Source: a virus (Duplodnaviria; Caudoviricetes). From it: a stretch of 31,304 bases of DNA. Location: positions 1 through 31,304 of the IMG/VR virus record IMGVR_UViG_3300037422_000060; one strand, 5' to 3'. Position 1 is the stretch's first letter, and each line of letters opens with the position of its first letter. Below are positions 6,657 to 16,619 of the stretch, in pieces. The notes under the pieces were generated by a model. It searched no databases. It saw only the letters and a list, made by a program, of their open reading frames with translations, and had not been told where the DNA came from. Both the position numbers and the translations under genes were made by a program.

Positions 6657-9086
6657 CTAGACGTTCGTTCCTGCCGCGTCCTTCCAGTTCGTTCCGTCGG
6701 ACCACGCAGGCTTACTTAGGGTTGTGTCATAGTACATGGCGCCCGCACGCATGACGCTCGCGCTAGGTCGGCCCGCCGTGGTGAAAACGCGCTGTGCGAC
6801 CATTACGTCTACGTTCGCGCCAGTGGACCCAATGTCCCGGGTTCCATCGCCCCATCCGGTTGGCGTAGTCCCGAGGATAGAGTTGTCGCGGAACAGGAGA
6901 TTTGTACTGTACGCTGTTCCACTCTGGTGGTCATCAAAAATCAGACGAGAAGCGTCCGTTCCATCTGCCAGGGTATCGAAGATATTACGCGTGACCTTTG
7001 CGTTAGCACATCCCCGCATCTGGATACCGCGCCGCGCCTTATAGAACGTGTTCTGCGCGATGATCGGAGAGTCCACGTACCGGATGTCGATTGCATAGAC
7101 CCCGGACACACCTGGACCGCGCCATACGTTGTTCATGATGACAACGTTTGCGAGCGTGTTACCGCTATTCCCGTAGATGCGAGCGCTCGCCATACTGGCA
7201 CAGTTAGTGAACACGTTGTTTACGAATACGAATCCGTCCACATCGTTCGGGGCAACGCCTGCCGTAACCCAGAGCGGAAGCGCTGCCGTGCCTAGCCCCG
7301 GGGCAATACCGTTGAACTCGCATCCCATGATGGTTACGTTCGTGATTGGCTGGCCAACTTGGCTCAACACCTTCACGCCAAACATGGAATCAACTACGCG
7401 GCAAGCCTGAATGCTGATGTTGGAGCACCCATCAACCACTTGGAATCCGGCACCCTCGCCACTATTGGCGCTGCCACCGTTCGGGGTGTAAGAGCTGTAA
7501 TTCCGCGCAACGCAGCCCACATAGGTAATGTACTGCGCACCGTTCGTAAACGTGGTGTTGCCGGCCAGGAAACCGGCCTTTGTCTGATCAGACGCATTCC
7601 GCGTGTCAGACGCGGTCGCCATGCACCCATCGTAAATGATGTCACGGACCCATCCACCGTGCAGATCAAATGCGCTGGCGGTTGCGTTCTCAACAGTGCA
7701 TTGGGTGTAGATGATTCCTGCGGCACCCTTGTCTGAACTGAACCCATGACGCACATTCATCGAGTAGCACGAGCGGTAGTGGCACCCGGTTGCCCCATCC
7801 GCAGTGAATCCGTAGTCATACGTCGTGCCAACAGTGTAGTTCCACCCGAACGACGCCCCGCAGTTGTCAAGCAGGCACCGATATGACCATCGAATGTTAA
7901 AGCACTCGCGGGACCATGAATTATTAGGGTCCCCCTGAAAGTGCATGTTGCGGAAGAAGCAACGAGAAACGTATTGCATCTTGGCAGGGAACACAAAGCC
8001 TGCGGCTTGCTGTCCGCTAAAGGTTGCCTGAACCCCATCAAACCCAGAGTTAATCACGGGGGTGATTCGAGATACCGAAATAGTTCCACTATACGTGTGG
8101 TGTAGCGGGTGGTCAAGGTAGACCGTAGTGCCACTGATGTCTACGATTTCCGCCATCTCAGATTTGTGTCCAGCGCTCGCGCCACCCGTGGTGTCATCAT
8201 CGTAGATGCGAAGAAGCATCTTCGATGTGAGACCGGTTGTGCTCGCGACGACCACCTTCGAGCTTCCGCGCGTCGCGCCACTACTGATAGTGGTCTGTGC
8301 GAAAGCAGTCCCGAGGATGGACAAACATCCGAACCCATCTGGATCCGCCCCGGTGCCCAGCTTCACGGGCGCCGCAAAAGTAACCTTCGTGTTTGATGTG
8401 GTGATGCGCACCGCGCCGTTCAAATAAATTGTGCCCTTGCTCGCACCCTCGATGATCAGGTGAAGCGGTTGAGTGCTTGACGCTAAAGCGTTAAGGATGC
8501 CTTGGATCGTGCCACTCTGGTCGGTAATCCCGTCCGCCGTGACCTGAACGAAGATCGAACGAATATCGCCACCACCGGGCGGGGCTTCCGCAACCCACGA
8601 TCCAGACGAAGTGCGGTAGAACAGTTGATAGCCCTCATCAACCGTGCCCGCACTTACGTCTGTTAAATCATCAAGATTGGTGTCATGTGGATTGCCTTCC
8701 GTGTTCACGTGAGTGGAAACCGTGTCCACGAGACCATCGACCGCCGGCCCCATGCGTGACGCTACATCGGAACTCAGAACAAGGACGCGCGGACCGGACC
8801 CCACTGCCGCCCACATTGCCCAAATACCGACGGGTCCGAAAATGGGATTGAAAATCCCCGTCGCTCTCGGTCCGCCGGTCGGGGCGGTGGCGGATTCCGT
8901 TGCTGGGGTACTGCCGTCACGGTCGCCCGCCAGGTCGGTGTACTGTGTCCCGCCGTTCTCCGCGTTCCACCACTTCACTGTCTGTCCGCCAGCGGCGGAC
9001 ATAACATCGCCCACCCCACCAATGGTCTGCGTGGCATACGCAAGCTCAGCGGCAGTGAGTCCGAACATGTGTCGTTCAGTTGCCAT
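6657..9086 (-). CDS. Tailspike / receptor-binding protein with a parallel beta-helix (pectate-lyase-like) domain
   Basis: Probable start ATG at 9086 (MATERHMFG) with GGGGGAAG upstream. ADGITDQSGTIQ beta-helix cap, repeated N/C/I ladder motifs, and C-terminal YYDTTLSKPAWSDGTNWKDAAG motif. Last tail gene before the lysis cassette. Confidence 0.8.
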   Translation of the reverse strand: MATERHMFGLTAAELAYATQTIGGVGDVMSAAGGQTVKWWNAENGGTQYTDLAGDRDGSTPATESATAPTGGPRATGIFNPIFGPVGIWAMWAAVGSGPRVLVLSSDVASRMGPAVDGLVDTVSTHVNTEGNPHDTNLDDLTDVSAGTVDEGYQLFYRTSSGSWVAEAPPGGGDIRSIFVQVTADGITDQSGTIQGILNALASSTQPLHLIIEGASKGTIYLNGAVRITTSNTKVTFAAPVKLGTGADPDGFGCLSILGTAFAQTTISSGATRGSSKVVVASTTGLTSKMLLRIYDDDTTGGASAGHKSEMAEIVDISGTTVYLDHPLHHTYSGTISVSRITPVINSGFDGVQATFSGQQAAGFVFPAKMQYVSRCFFRNMHFQGDPNNSWSRECFNIRWSYRCLLDNCGASFGWNYTVGTTYDYGFTADGATGCHYRSCYSMNVRHGFSSDKGAAGIIYTQCTVENATASAFDLHGGWVRDIIYDGCMATASDTRNASDQTKAGFLAGNTTFTNGAQYITYVGCVARNYSSYTPNGGSANSGEGAGFQVVDGCSNISIQACRVVDSMFGVKVLSQVGQPITNVTIMGCEFNGIAPGLGTAALPLWVTAGVAPNDVDGFVFVNNVFTNCASMASARIYGNSGNTLANVVIMNNVWRGPGVSGVYAIDIRYVDSPIIAQNTFYKARRGIQMRGCANAKVTRNIFDTLADGTDASRLIFDDHQSGTAYSTNLLFRDNSILGTTPTGWGDGTRDIGSTGANVDVMVAQRVFTTAGRPSASVMRAGAMYYDTTLSKPAWSDGTNWKDAAGTNV

Positions 9087-9094
9087 GCTTCCCC

Positions 9095-10087
9095 CTAGCC
9101 CGCTGCCGTGAACGAGTACGAACCTGCATACAGCCATTTTCCGTTCGGTATAGTGGTGGCGAATTCCGAGAATGCAATGGTGCCACCCGTAGAAATTGAA
9201 CCAATGATGGTCGGGTATGGATGAAGCTGCCCGTTACCGAGCACTGCGGAGCCGTTATTGATAACCCCTTGAATGTAAATGCGGCGGCGCGGCCGGAATC
9301 CCGTCGGAAGCACGGCGAACGTAAAGCCTCCCCCTGTGCCGCCCGAGATGGGGATTGTACCACCCGTGCGCTTCGCTCCAATGCAAACGGTTACGCGCCG
9401 GTTCGTTTTCTCGTACCACGCCTCAGAGAAGTCGTCATCAGTCCAGCCTGCTTCCAGTGGAAGATTAAGGACTCCCGAGTCTTCCCAATCGACCACCCAC
9501 GCAACTCCGGTAGAAATGAACACTCGCCCTAGAGTCGTGTCGTAGATCCGGTTTCCGACGCCATGGGGGGGATAGTGCGTGGAGTCCTTCGCGAGAAGTG
9601 TCGACCCGTCATCACCTAGGTACCATGCAATGTCTGTCACTGCGGCCGGCAAGATGTTCGTGGCGCCATTCGGGACGGATACGGTTGCGACAGGCAAGTC
9701 CCATGCGCCCGTGTCCGTAGTTGCATTGCGGATAGGTGCGGGGGCAACCCCTGCGCCCGGCGTACCGGCGATCACAGCGGCGCGCAGTTGTCGCGTTGCG
9801 CGTGTGTACCGCAGGACAACGAGATCGATGCGGGTACTACCAGACGAATTAGACGTAACGGTTACGTCTACGTCCGCGCTTCCCGAGTAGTATGCAACTC
9901 CTCTGCTGTGCGCAAAGCGCTCTGCGCGGACGTGAACCTTGAGCCCACTTGAGCCTGTCGCGTAGATCAGTGATGCATCTGTTGGGACACCAATGAGCGC
10001 GTCGGGCGAAAGAGGGTGTAGCAAGTCCTCATACCCGCGCTCCGTTACGGCCGCAGGTGATGCGCCGGGCCACGAAGATTCAACCAT
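9095..10087 (-). CDS. Minor tail protein
   Basis: NSSGSTRIDLVVLR...WDLPVATVSVP motif typical of actinophage baseplate/minor tail proteins, plus synteny. Confidence 0.8.
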   Translation of the reverse strand: MVESSWPGASPAAVTERGYEDLLHPLSPDALIGVPTDASLIYATGSSGLKVHVRAERFAHSRGVAYYSGSADVDVTVTSNSSGSTRIDLVVLRYTRATRQLRAAVIAGTPGAGVAPAPIRNATTDTGAWDLPVATVSVPNGATNILPAAVTDIAWYLGDDGSTLLAKDSTHYPPHGVGNRIYDTTLGRVFISTGVAWVVDWEDSGVLNLPLEAGWTDDDFSEAWYEKTNRRVTVCIGAKRTGGTIPISGGTGGGFTFAVLPTGFRPRRRIYIQGVINNGSAVLGNGQLHPYPTIIGSISTGGTIAFSEFATTIPNGKWLYAGSYSFTAAG

Positions 10088-10100
10088 GTATCAACCCTCC

Positions 10101-11270
10101 CTAAGTTGTCTCTAGCTTGCCGGTCCGGCGCGAGAGCGCACGGACTGCCTTCACCCATGTTGGGTCATTGGACGCCTGCTCGTTACCAACGAGGATATTT
10201 GTTACCTGCGTGCCTTCGTTAATGTCCGCTTGGAATACTGCGGCACGCACAACGTCTGCAATCCGCAATCCATCCCGCGGAGAAACGTACACTTTGTCGC
10301 CGAGATTGAACGCGGTTCCATACCGATAATCCGCAGACTCTATGGTCGTGAACGATACGGCCGCTGTTTCTGAGCCTTCCGCGAGCGCCGCGTCCCCTGC
10401 TTGATCCAGCTCAGTTATGTTGCTTGTGTCACTTTGGTTTACAAAGTCCTCCATCAGCCACCAATCGCTGACCGCCGTAGCATCCTGCCGTAGGCGGGTA
10501 CTGCGTGATGCGCCGGACCCTGCCCCGCCAACGATAGCCGCCGTAACCTTCGGTGCCTCAGGTTCATAGGAGAAACCCGTGAGGTTACGCAAGCCGCGCG
10601 AGAAAATGACCCCCGGCCTATCCTGGGGCACATAAACGTCAAAGTAGACCGCCCCCCCATCAACACGGGTGCGAAAGCCTAGCTCCGTGGTGGACAGGTC
10701 TGCGAGCGTCCGGCATACATCTAGAAGGGACTCAAAGCGAGTGGACACCGTGATTGAGCTTCCAAGTCCCGCGCCGGTTCCGATCTGTAGGTGTGGGACG
10801 CGTCGGTCAATCGGTGGCCCTGCGTGCGCGTTGGGTCCGGCATTCCTGTCTACTAGCTCGGTGATGAGTGTTCCCGCCAAGTCAGTATCCGCGTAGCGGG
10901 CGCTCGCAACTTGATTGGTTGCCGGTTGATTGTAGACCGGATAGGTCTTGCGTCCGGCAATCAGGGCGAGGTCATCGGTCCACTGGATTGTGAGCGTTCC
11001 GGGGCCGGAGGCATCATCATCCGCACTCCATACGTGAATCCCCGGTTTCTCAATCGGGCCAGACAGGAAGTCTACACCGTTGCGATAGAATGCGATTCGA
11101 TTTCCTGGGGCGAGAGCGTTGAGCATTGGATCGGTTGCACGCGCCGTGAGTATTCCGGCCCCGGGTTCGCGGTATCGCGCTTCTACGTTCAAAGTGACCC
11201 ACGGAATGGCGTCACTGACGGGTTTCAGGTCACGATCGGTCACGTAGAGCTGTAGGTCATCACGGGACAT
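10101..11270 (-). CDS. Minor tail protein (ReqiPepy6 Gp37-like, Tal/hub position)
   Basis: FSRGLRNL, AIVGGAGSG..R and YRYGTAFNLGDKV motifs. Follows Dit. Confidence 0.85.
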   Translation of the reverse strand: MSRDDLQLYVTDRDLKPVSDAIPWVTLNVEARYREPGAGILTARATDPMLNALAPGNRIAFYRNGVDFLSGPIEKPGIHVWSADDDASGPGTLTIQWTDDLALIAGRKTYPVYNQPATNQVASARYADTDLAGTLITELVDRNAGPNAHAGPPIDRRVPHLQIGTGAGLGSSITVSTRFESLLDVCRTLADLSTTELGFRTRVDGGAVYFDVYVPQDRPGVIFSRGLRNLTGFSYEPEAPKVTAAIVGGAGSGASRSTRLRQDATAVSDWWLMEDFVNQSDTSNITELDQAGDAALAEGSETAAVSFTTIESADYRYGTAFNLGDKVYVSPRDGLRIADVVRAAVFQADINEGTQVTNILVGNEQASNDPTWVKAVRALSRRTGKLETT

Positions 11271-11412
11271 GGATCACTCTCCGTTGCCGGCCTGCCGAGC
11301 GTGCAGGGGTGTGCGGGCCGCAGGGACCACCTGGCTACCAGCAATAAGCGAATGGTTTTCGGGTCTGAGCCTGCACAGGGCGCACACCCCTCTGGCCTGC
11401 GAAAACTCTATA

Positions 11413-11525
11413 TTAGGGTACCCTTAGTGTGCAGGGTGTGCAGGGGTCTGTGTTTAACCAAATATTTGAACTCTCGCATGGTAATCAAATACCCCTGCAC
11501 ACCCTGCACACTAAGGGTACCCTAA
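11413..11525. repeat. Perfect 35-bp inverted repeat flanking a 43-bp AT-rich spacer (origin-like)
   Basis: TTAGGGTACCCTTAGTGTGCAGGGTGTGCAGGGGT at 11413-11447 and its exact reverse complement at 11491-11525. Additional GTGCAGG units at 11301 and 11370 (reverse). Confidence 0.95.
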
Positions 11526-11534
11526 ATTGATGAT

Positions 11535-12509
11535 CTAGTATGTACGGTACCGAGGACGGTAACGGACAGTAATCGATGTGCCTGATGCCGCGTCTGCGAA
11601 CGACAACACAAGATTATTCGTGCCCTTCGCGAGCTTCCAAAGTCGTCCGTCCGGAAAGTTCACCGCGCCAGTCCAGATCTCGTCACTCGGCCCACGTACG
11701 CGTGCAGGGTCCGTATCAACGGTAATACTCTCGCCTAGCAGCAAGTCGCCGTGACCATCCCAATCGGGATCAATGGTGAAGCTTTCGCCCGTTGTAGCGT
11801 TGGTGGCCACCGCCAGTGAAGTTGGCCCCGTAATGACAACAGTCGGATAGGCGGGCAGATCTCCCACGTTTGTAAGACTTGCATTGCCGAGCGTGTTAGC
11901 CGGACGGGTTGAGAGCAGCGGATCGTAGAAATTCGCAGTTGAACCACTGTACTTGAATGGGACGGACTTCTCTGGACCTAGCCATACTCCACGCTCACAG
12001 AGCAGTGTAATGACTGGCGTGTCTGCGCGTCCACCTTCACCCGGGCCTAGCCCATCCTGATAATAGGCGTACACTTCGCGCCAATCTCCGTCAGCCCATC
12101 CAATGCGCAGGCGTCCGGGACCCATGTCACTTGTCTGTGCAAACTTATCCGTGATGTATCTGCGCCGGTCACGGAACTGAATCATGGAAGATGCGGAGAT
12201 GCGGAGCGGGAGAGTAATAAGACTTCCCTCACTCCGCACCCCGTCAACGTCAACGCCAGAAATGGAGCTTCCGCGCGTCACTAGATTCGTTGGTGCTACA
12301 CCGACACCCGCAACGCCTCGCATTAACCAATAGCCATTGCTGCGCGTCGTGAGTGGTACCTCTGTCCCGTCAGGCGCATACCATACTGCGTATCGCTCAA
12401 GAGGACTAATGGAGATTGGACTGCCGTCTACGGGTGGGACCGTAAGATCATCCGGGCCGACAGGAATTACCGGCTGCGGCGCTCCATCTATTCCCGACCA
12501 CACGGGCAT
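11535..12509 (-). CDS. Distal tail protein (Dit)
   Basis: Immediately follows the tape measure gene (TAATG overlap at 12509). Carries NVGDLPAYPTVVITGP and LWKLAKGTNNL motifs. Confidence 0.88.
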   Translation of the reverse strand: MPVWSGIDGAPQPVIPVGPDDLTVPPVDGSPISISPLERYAVWYAPDGTEVPLTTRSNGYWLMRGVAGVGVAPTNLVTRGSSISGVDVDGVRSEGSLITLPLRISASSMIQFRDRRRYITDKFAQTSDMGPGRLRIGWADGDWREVYAYYQDGLGPGEGGRADTPVITLLCERGVWLGPEKSVPFKYSGSTANFYDPLLSTRPANTLGNASLTNVGDLPAYPTVVITGPTSLAVATNATTGESFTIDPDWDGHGDLLLGESITVDTDPARVRGPSDEIWTGAVNFPDGRLWKLAKGTNNLVLSFADAASGTSITVRYRPRYRTY

Positions 12510-15385
12510 TAGGCAGCCCTCCCCCCACGCAAACCGATCTGCCTGCGCCGGTCCCACGCGTCATACTGGGCAGGGGACCACGGGCGTTGCGCGTTCAACG
12601 TCACGGCACCGGCCCCTTGAACGCCCGCCAGCGCGGAGCTGAACATACCCATTACCTGACCGGAGCTTAGGCCAGTTCCCTGCGCTCGCTGACCGGCCAG
12701 CAATGCCGGACGGGCAATCGAGCGAGTGAGCGCCGTACGCGCGCGCATGGCATTGTCCATGAACCCCTTCACGAATCCGCGCATACTCATTGCGCCAAGG
12801 TATGCAAGCTTGCGTGATGGTGACCGGATGGCGAGCGCCTTGCGTAACGTAGCCTGCATGGCGCGCGCGATAGTCATCATCATTCGATTGATGGCGTTCA
12901 TCTGTGATTGCAGACCCTTGACGAGCCCTTGCGCCGCGCGAATACCGGCACCGTAGAGTGCGTTACTGACAACCGCACCCGTCTTGTTTGCTTGCGCGTT
13001 GAGCTGATCGGACATCTTGCTCAGTTCCTTAAGCTGAGCATCTGACATCTTCGCCATGCTGTCCGCCGTGGCGCCCGCAGCCTGTGGACCGGCCGCAGCA
13101 AGTTGTGCGAGTAGATCTTTTGCAACCCCACGCTTTGCAAGGTTCGTCACGTTCACGGCAAACTGCTTTGCTATGCCGAGCGCGTCCGCAAGTCGATACT
13201 TGATGGACTCAAAGTCGATCCCGTTACCATCGTCCACCAACTTAAACGCGTCGAGAACCTTGCCGGCAGTCTCTTGCGCTGTCTTCGCTGCGTTACTTTG
13301 CAAGGCCTTAAGTGCTGCCGTAGCAGTCTTGAGCCGTTGCTGTGTGATTACCTCCTGTTTAGCAAGCGTAGCCATGCGCCGCGTTGCCGTAGTCAGGTTT
13401 CCGAGCAAGCGCTTTTCTGTTGCGCCAGAGAACATTTCCCGGATTAGCTTAGAGAGCTTGACTGCGGCACTCGCAACTTGCTTGGCGGTACCGGCAAGGC
13501 CCTTCACGAGGCCAAACGCGATATACTCTCCGAGTCTTTGCGTCACCTTTGCCGGTGACGCAATGCCCATGACTTTCTTAATCGCATCAGGGATGTTGTC
13601 AACCAGCGACTTCGCGGCATCCCGTACGGCACTTGCCATAGACTTGATGCCGTTGACAAGTCCATTAACAATATCTACGCCAAGTTGCTTGAGCTTGCCC
13701 GGGACAGACTTGAACCATCCGATTAGGCTGTTCCAAGTTTCCTTGATCCAGTTGCCGGCATCCTTAAACGCGCCAACAATCTTGCTCCATAGGTCTTGGA
13801 AGAATTTACCGAGAGACTTCCAAGTCTTAGCAGAACCCAGGAACTTGACGAACCATCCGATTGCCTGCGCAATCCATCCGATAATGCGCGCAATCCAAAT
13901 GATCAAGAACTTGAGGACCGGAATCAACAGGGTTGTCAAGTGAGCTGACAACTTTACGACCGGAACTGCGATCTTGACCAATAGGTCGATGAGCGGGAGT
14001 AGTGCGGGGAGTAGGGCTAGTACAACTTCGCCGAGTGCGTCGATGACCGGGATCAGTTGCGGGAATAGCTCAGAAGCAAGTTGGGCAATTACCGGCAGTA
14101 ACTTCTCAAAGATCGGCGCGAGCGCACGAATTGCCGTCAACAGGATCGTTGCAATGAGCTTGCCTACTGCTCCAATTACCGGAGCGAGTGAGGCGAGAAT
14201 TGGAACGAGCGCGTTGATGATTGGAGTAAGAACCAGTCCTAGCGCGTTGATGATTGCAGTCCGCGCAGGGGCAAGTGCCTCGATGGCGCCCACTAGCCCT
14301 TTTGCCACCACGGCAACGAGCCTGCCGAGTACCGGAAGTAGTGGGGCAACCGCTCTCACAATGGAGCCGAGCACGGACAGGATGGGACCAAATGCGGGTG
14401 CTATTGCCTTGATGGTCAACCCGATGGCACTAAACAATGCCTTGAGCGCCGCAGCACCTTCGGTGCTCTTGAAGAACTGATTGATGCTAGCTAGTGCACT
14501 TTCAAGGATGTTCAGGAATCCGGCACCATTGGCCTGCATAGCACCAAATACAGAGTTAATGATGCCAAACACTTGGGCAAGGATTGCGCCAAGTTGCTTG
14601 AAAGTTCCAATGGCCGTTCGTATCATGGCGTTCAGAGCGCCAGACTCGGCGCTCTGCTTGAGCCACTCGCCAAACCTCGCGGCCACGCTAGCGATTGCCG
14701 CACTCAGACGCCCGGCGAGCGGGGCGCCCACTCCGATACTCGCGCCGAGTCCCTGGACAAGCGCAGGTAGCGCTCCGCCTAGGTTGCCGACAGCCACCCT
14801 GGCGCTTCCTAGCGCTTGAGTGATGCCTTTGACCACCCCTGGCGTTCGCGCCACCTGCGCCGCTCCAGCGAACGCCTGCCCCCATGCACCCGCAATTCCG
14901 GTGAGTCCAGCCTTAAGGGCCGGCATGTACGTTCCACTGAGCGCCTTAATCTGCCCCAGCATGGCGCCCGCAAACACCTTTTCGGACGATGCACGCACAG
15001 CCTCAAATTGCTTTTTGACCCCTTCCGCTTCTTCATAAAGTTGGCGAGCGGCTGGACTTAACGCCTCTAGGGCTTCCTTGTCCCCAGTGAGCGCCTTTTG
15101 TAGATTGCCGGCCGCAACCGTTAGCCCGATCTTTGCGGCTGCCGCAACGGCCAGGATTCCTGGCAGGGCTGCCATGATTCCCGAAAGCTGGGAGACTACA
15201 GCAATCAGTCCACCGATACTCTGAATAGCTTGCCCTAGGGCAAACGCTTTACCTACGGCGCTCCCGACCCGCCCGATGGTCTTCGCGGCCGTAACGAGAC
15301 CCCCGCGCATACGGGTAAGTCCCTTGCGAAAATCCGTGTCGTCGAGCTTTAGCTTTGCGAACAGAGTGCCAACGTCAAGCGCCAT
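12509..15385 (-). CDS. Tape measure protein (about 958 aa)
   Basis: Probable start MALDVGTLFAKLKLDD. Ala/Gly/Leu-rich amphipathic repeats, with GIASPAK and AIRSPSR motifs. Confidence 0.95.
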   Translation of the reverse strand: MALDVGTLFAKLKLDDTDFRKGLTRMRGGLVTAAKTIGRVGSAVGKAFALGQAIQSIGGLIAVVSQLSGIMAALPGILAVAAAAKIGLTVAAGNLQKALTGDKEALEALSPAARQLYEEAEGVKKQFEAVRASSEKVFAGAMLGQIKALSGTYMPALKAGLTGIAGAWGQAFAGAAQVARTPGVVKGITQALGSARVAVGNLGGALPALVQGLGASIGVGAPLAGRLSAAIASVAARFGEWLKQSAESGALNAMIRTAIGTFKQLGAILAQVFGIINSVFGAMQANGAGFLNILESALASINQFFKSTEGAAALKALFSAIGLTIKAIAPAFGPILSVLGSIVRAVAPLLPVLGRLVAVVAKGLVGAIEALAPARTAIINALGLVLTPIINALVPILASLAPVIGAVGKLIATILLTAIRALAPIFEKLLPVIAQLASELFPQLIPVIDALGEVVLALLPALLPLIDLLVKIAVPVVKLSAHLTTLLIPVLKFLIIWIARIIGWIAQAIGWFVKFLGSAKTWKSLGKFFQDLWSKIVGAFKDAGNWIKETWNSLIGWFKSVPGKLKQLGVDIVNGLVNGIKSMASAVRDAAKSLVDNIPDAIKKVMGIASPAKVTQRLGEYIAFGLVKGLAGTAKQVASAAVKLSKLIREMFSGATEKRLLGNLTTATRRMATLAKQEVITQQRLKTATAALKALQSNAAKTAQETAGKVLDAFKLVDDGNGIDFESIKYRLADALGIAKQFAVNVTNLAKRGVAKDLLAQLAAAGPQAAGATADSMAKMSDAQLKELSKMSDQLNAQANKTGAVVSNALYGAGIRAAQGLVKGLQSQMNAINRMMMTIARAMQATLRKALAIRSPSRKLAYLGAMSMRGFVKGFMDNAMRARTALTRSIARPALLAGQRAQGTGLSSGQVMGMFSSALAGVQGAGAVTLNAQRPWSPAQYDAWDRRRQIGLRGGRAA

Positions 15386-15398
15386 GCCGGACCCCCCC

Positions 15399-16126
15399 CT
15401 ACAAGTGCCGATCAATGAACGCTTGTGCTTCTTCCGGGTCATCAAGATTTGTGCGCTGCCCTTGCGTGATCAAAGCAAATCCGCTTTCACTGGACAGGCC
15501 ACCGATTCGCCAAGCGAGATCACGATGTCCCAGGGCTGCGATCTCATCCCACGTTAAGCGTTGTTCGCGCACAAGGTCACCAAGGATAACTATCCAGTTT
15601 TCGCGGACCGTTTGCCATGCTGCCGCCCACGCACCGCCCTCTGCGCTCTCTGTACCTTCTCCTGTGCTGCCCTCTGGTCTGCTCCACGCGCTTTTCCCTG
15701 TTGCTCGGTGACCACCTTTGCTACGCGCGCGAAGCTGACGGGTGGCTTACCGGGCGGGCGCATACCGTTAAAGAATGCCCATGAGAAAACAACGATGAGC
15801 TGACTTGATCCGAGTCCGCGACTGAACAGGGTTTGCAGAATCTCTTTGCCGTTCGTCCCGCACATGTCGAACAACTGAGTGAGGAGACGTTCCATTTCGG
15901 GAGCATCATCCTCGGTCATCCCCATAAGCTTTTCGGGGCGGAGCATCATTTCTGCCGGGACCTGGTCAGGGATCGGCACCTGAGTTTGCAGAATGGTAGC
16001 AAAGGGTCGGTCAGCGTTCCGGGTTTCCCACCACGCATCAAAGTCCTGGCCCTTTGGGTCACCCTCAGCTTGCTCATAGAAGGAAGCATCTAGCTCTTGT
16101 ACCTTGTCAGCCTCACTCATGTTCAT
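15399..16126 (-). CDS. Tail assembly chaperone, -1 frameshifted long form (gpGT-like)
   Basis: G GGA AAA at 15698-15692. The -1 frame is open to TAG at 15401-15399 and reads ...WAAAWQTVRENWIVILGDLVREQRLTWDEIAALGHRDLAWRIGGLSSESGF...FIDRHL*. Confidence 0.85.
15590..16126 (-). CDS. Tail assembly chaperone (gpG-like)
   Basis: Lies between the major tail and tape measure genes and contains a slippery GGGAAAA. Confidence 0.85.
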   Translation of the reverse strand: MNMSEADKVQELDASFYEQAEGDPKGQDFDAWWETRNADRPFATILQTQVPIPDQVPAEMMLRPEKLMGMTEDDAPEMERLLTQLFDMCGTNGKEILQTLFSRGLGSSQLIVVFSWAFFNGMRPPGKPPVSFARVAKVVTEQQGKARGADQRAAQEKVQRAQRAVRGRQHGKRSAKTG

Positions 16127-16151
16127 TCCCTCTCATTTTATTGCGCTTGGC

Positions 16152-16607
16152 TCAGGTGACGTTAGCCGTCATAGGTGCACCACATCGGGTGAACTCAGCA
16201 GCCCATGAAGTCTTATCGTTGGTCTCGCCACCCTGCTCCCCGACGGAGATCGTGCAGTCCCAAACCTTCCATGTGGTCGAACCGGGGTAACGGAATCGGA
16301 TCCGCTGCACGCTGTCGTAGGTAAGCTTCTCGTGATGCACTTCCACAAGTGCCTGACCGGGGTCGCGAACGCCTGTGCTCGGGTCTTGCAAGAGCTTCCC
16401 TTCGAGGGCAAGCTTTGCGCCAAGTTGCATCTTTTCCTGAGAGTAGTAACCCTCACTGTCAAACGTGGTGGTGTCTGCGATTTCCTCACCCTCGTTGAGG
16501 GTCACGGCCCCGGACGTAAGACCACCGATGCCGGTCCACGTAGCGGATGTGGCACCATCACTCACCTCCATGATGAGATCACGGGCGTTGATCTGTCGAA
16601 CGGTCAT
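16152..16607 (-). CDS. Major tail (tube) protein
   Basis: WTGIGGLTS...ADTTTFDSEG...RDPGQ...GGETNDKTSWAAEFTRCG motifs, an AGGAG RBS, and synteny. Confidence 0.88.
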   Translation of the reverse strand: MTVRQINARDLIMEVSDGATSATWTGIGGLTSGAVTLNEGEEIADTTTFDSEGYYSQEKMQLGAKLALEGKLLQDPSTGVRDPGQALVEVHHEKLTYDSVQRIRFRYPGSTTWKVWDCTISVGEQGGETNDKTSWAAEFTRCGAPMTANVT

Positions 16608-16619
16608 GTTTATTTCTCC

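Noticed and set aside
6657-10087. Diversity-generating retroelement or invertible tail-fibre cassette
   Set aside because: No reverse transcriptase, invertase or duplicated template/variable repeat was seen.
11413-11525. Protelomerase (telRL-type) target or telomere-like TTAGGG
   Set aside because: telRL sites are continuous palindromes, whereas this has a 43-bp spacer. No protelomerase is in the window, and a single TTAGGG per arm is coincidental.
11301-11525. 74-aa plus-strand ORF in the tail-operon gap
   Set aside because: It is antisense to the operon, has no clear RBS and is explained by the repeat structure.
12726-15557. Long plus-strand ORFs (e.g. 13056..13943) opposite the tape measure gene
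   Set aside because: These are typical antisense shadow ORFs of a GC-rich, Ala-rich gene, with no motifs or RBS.
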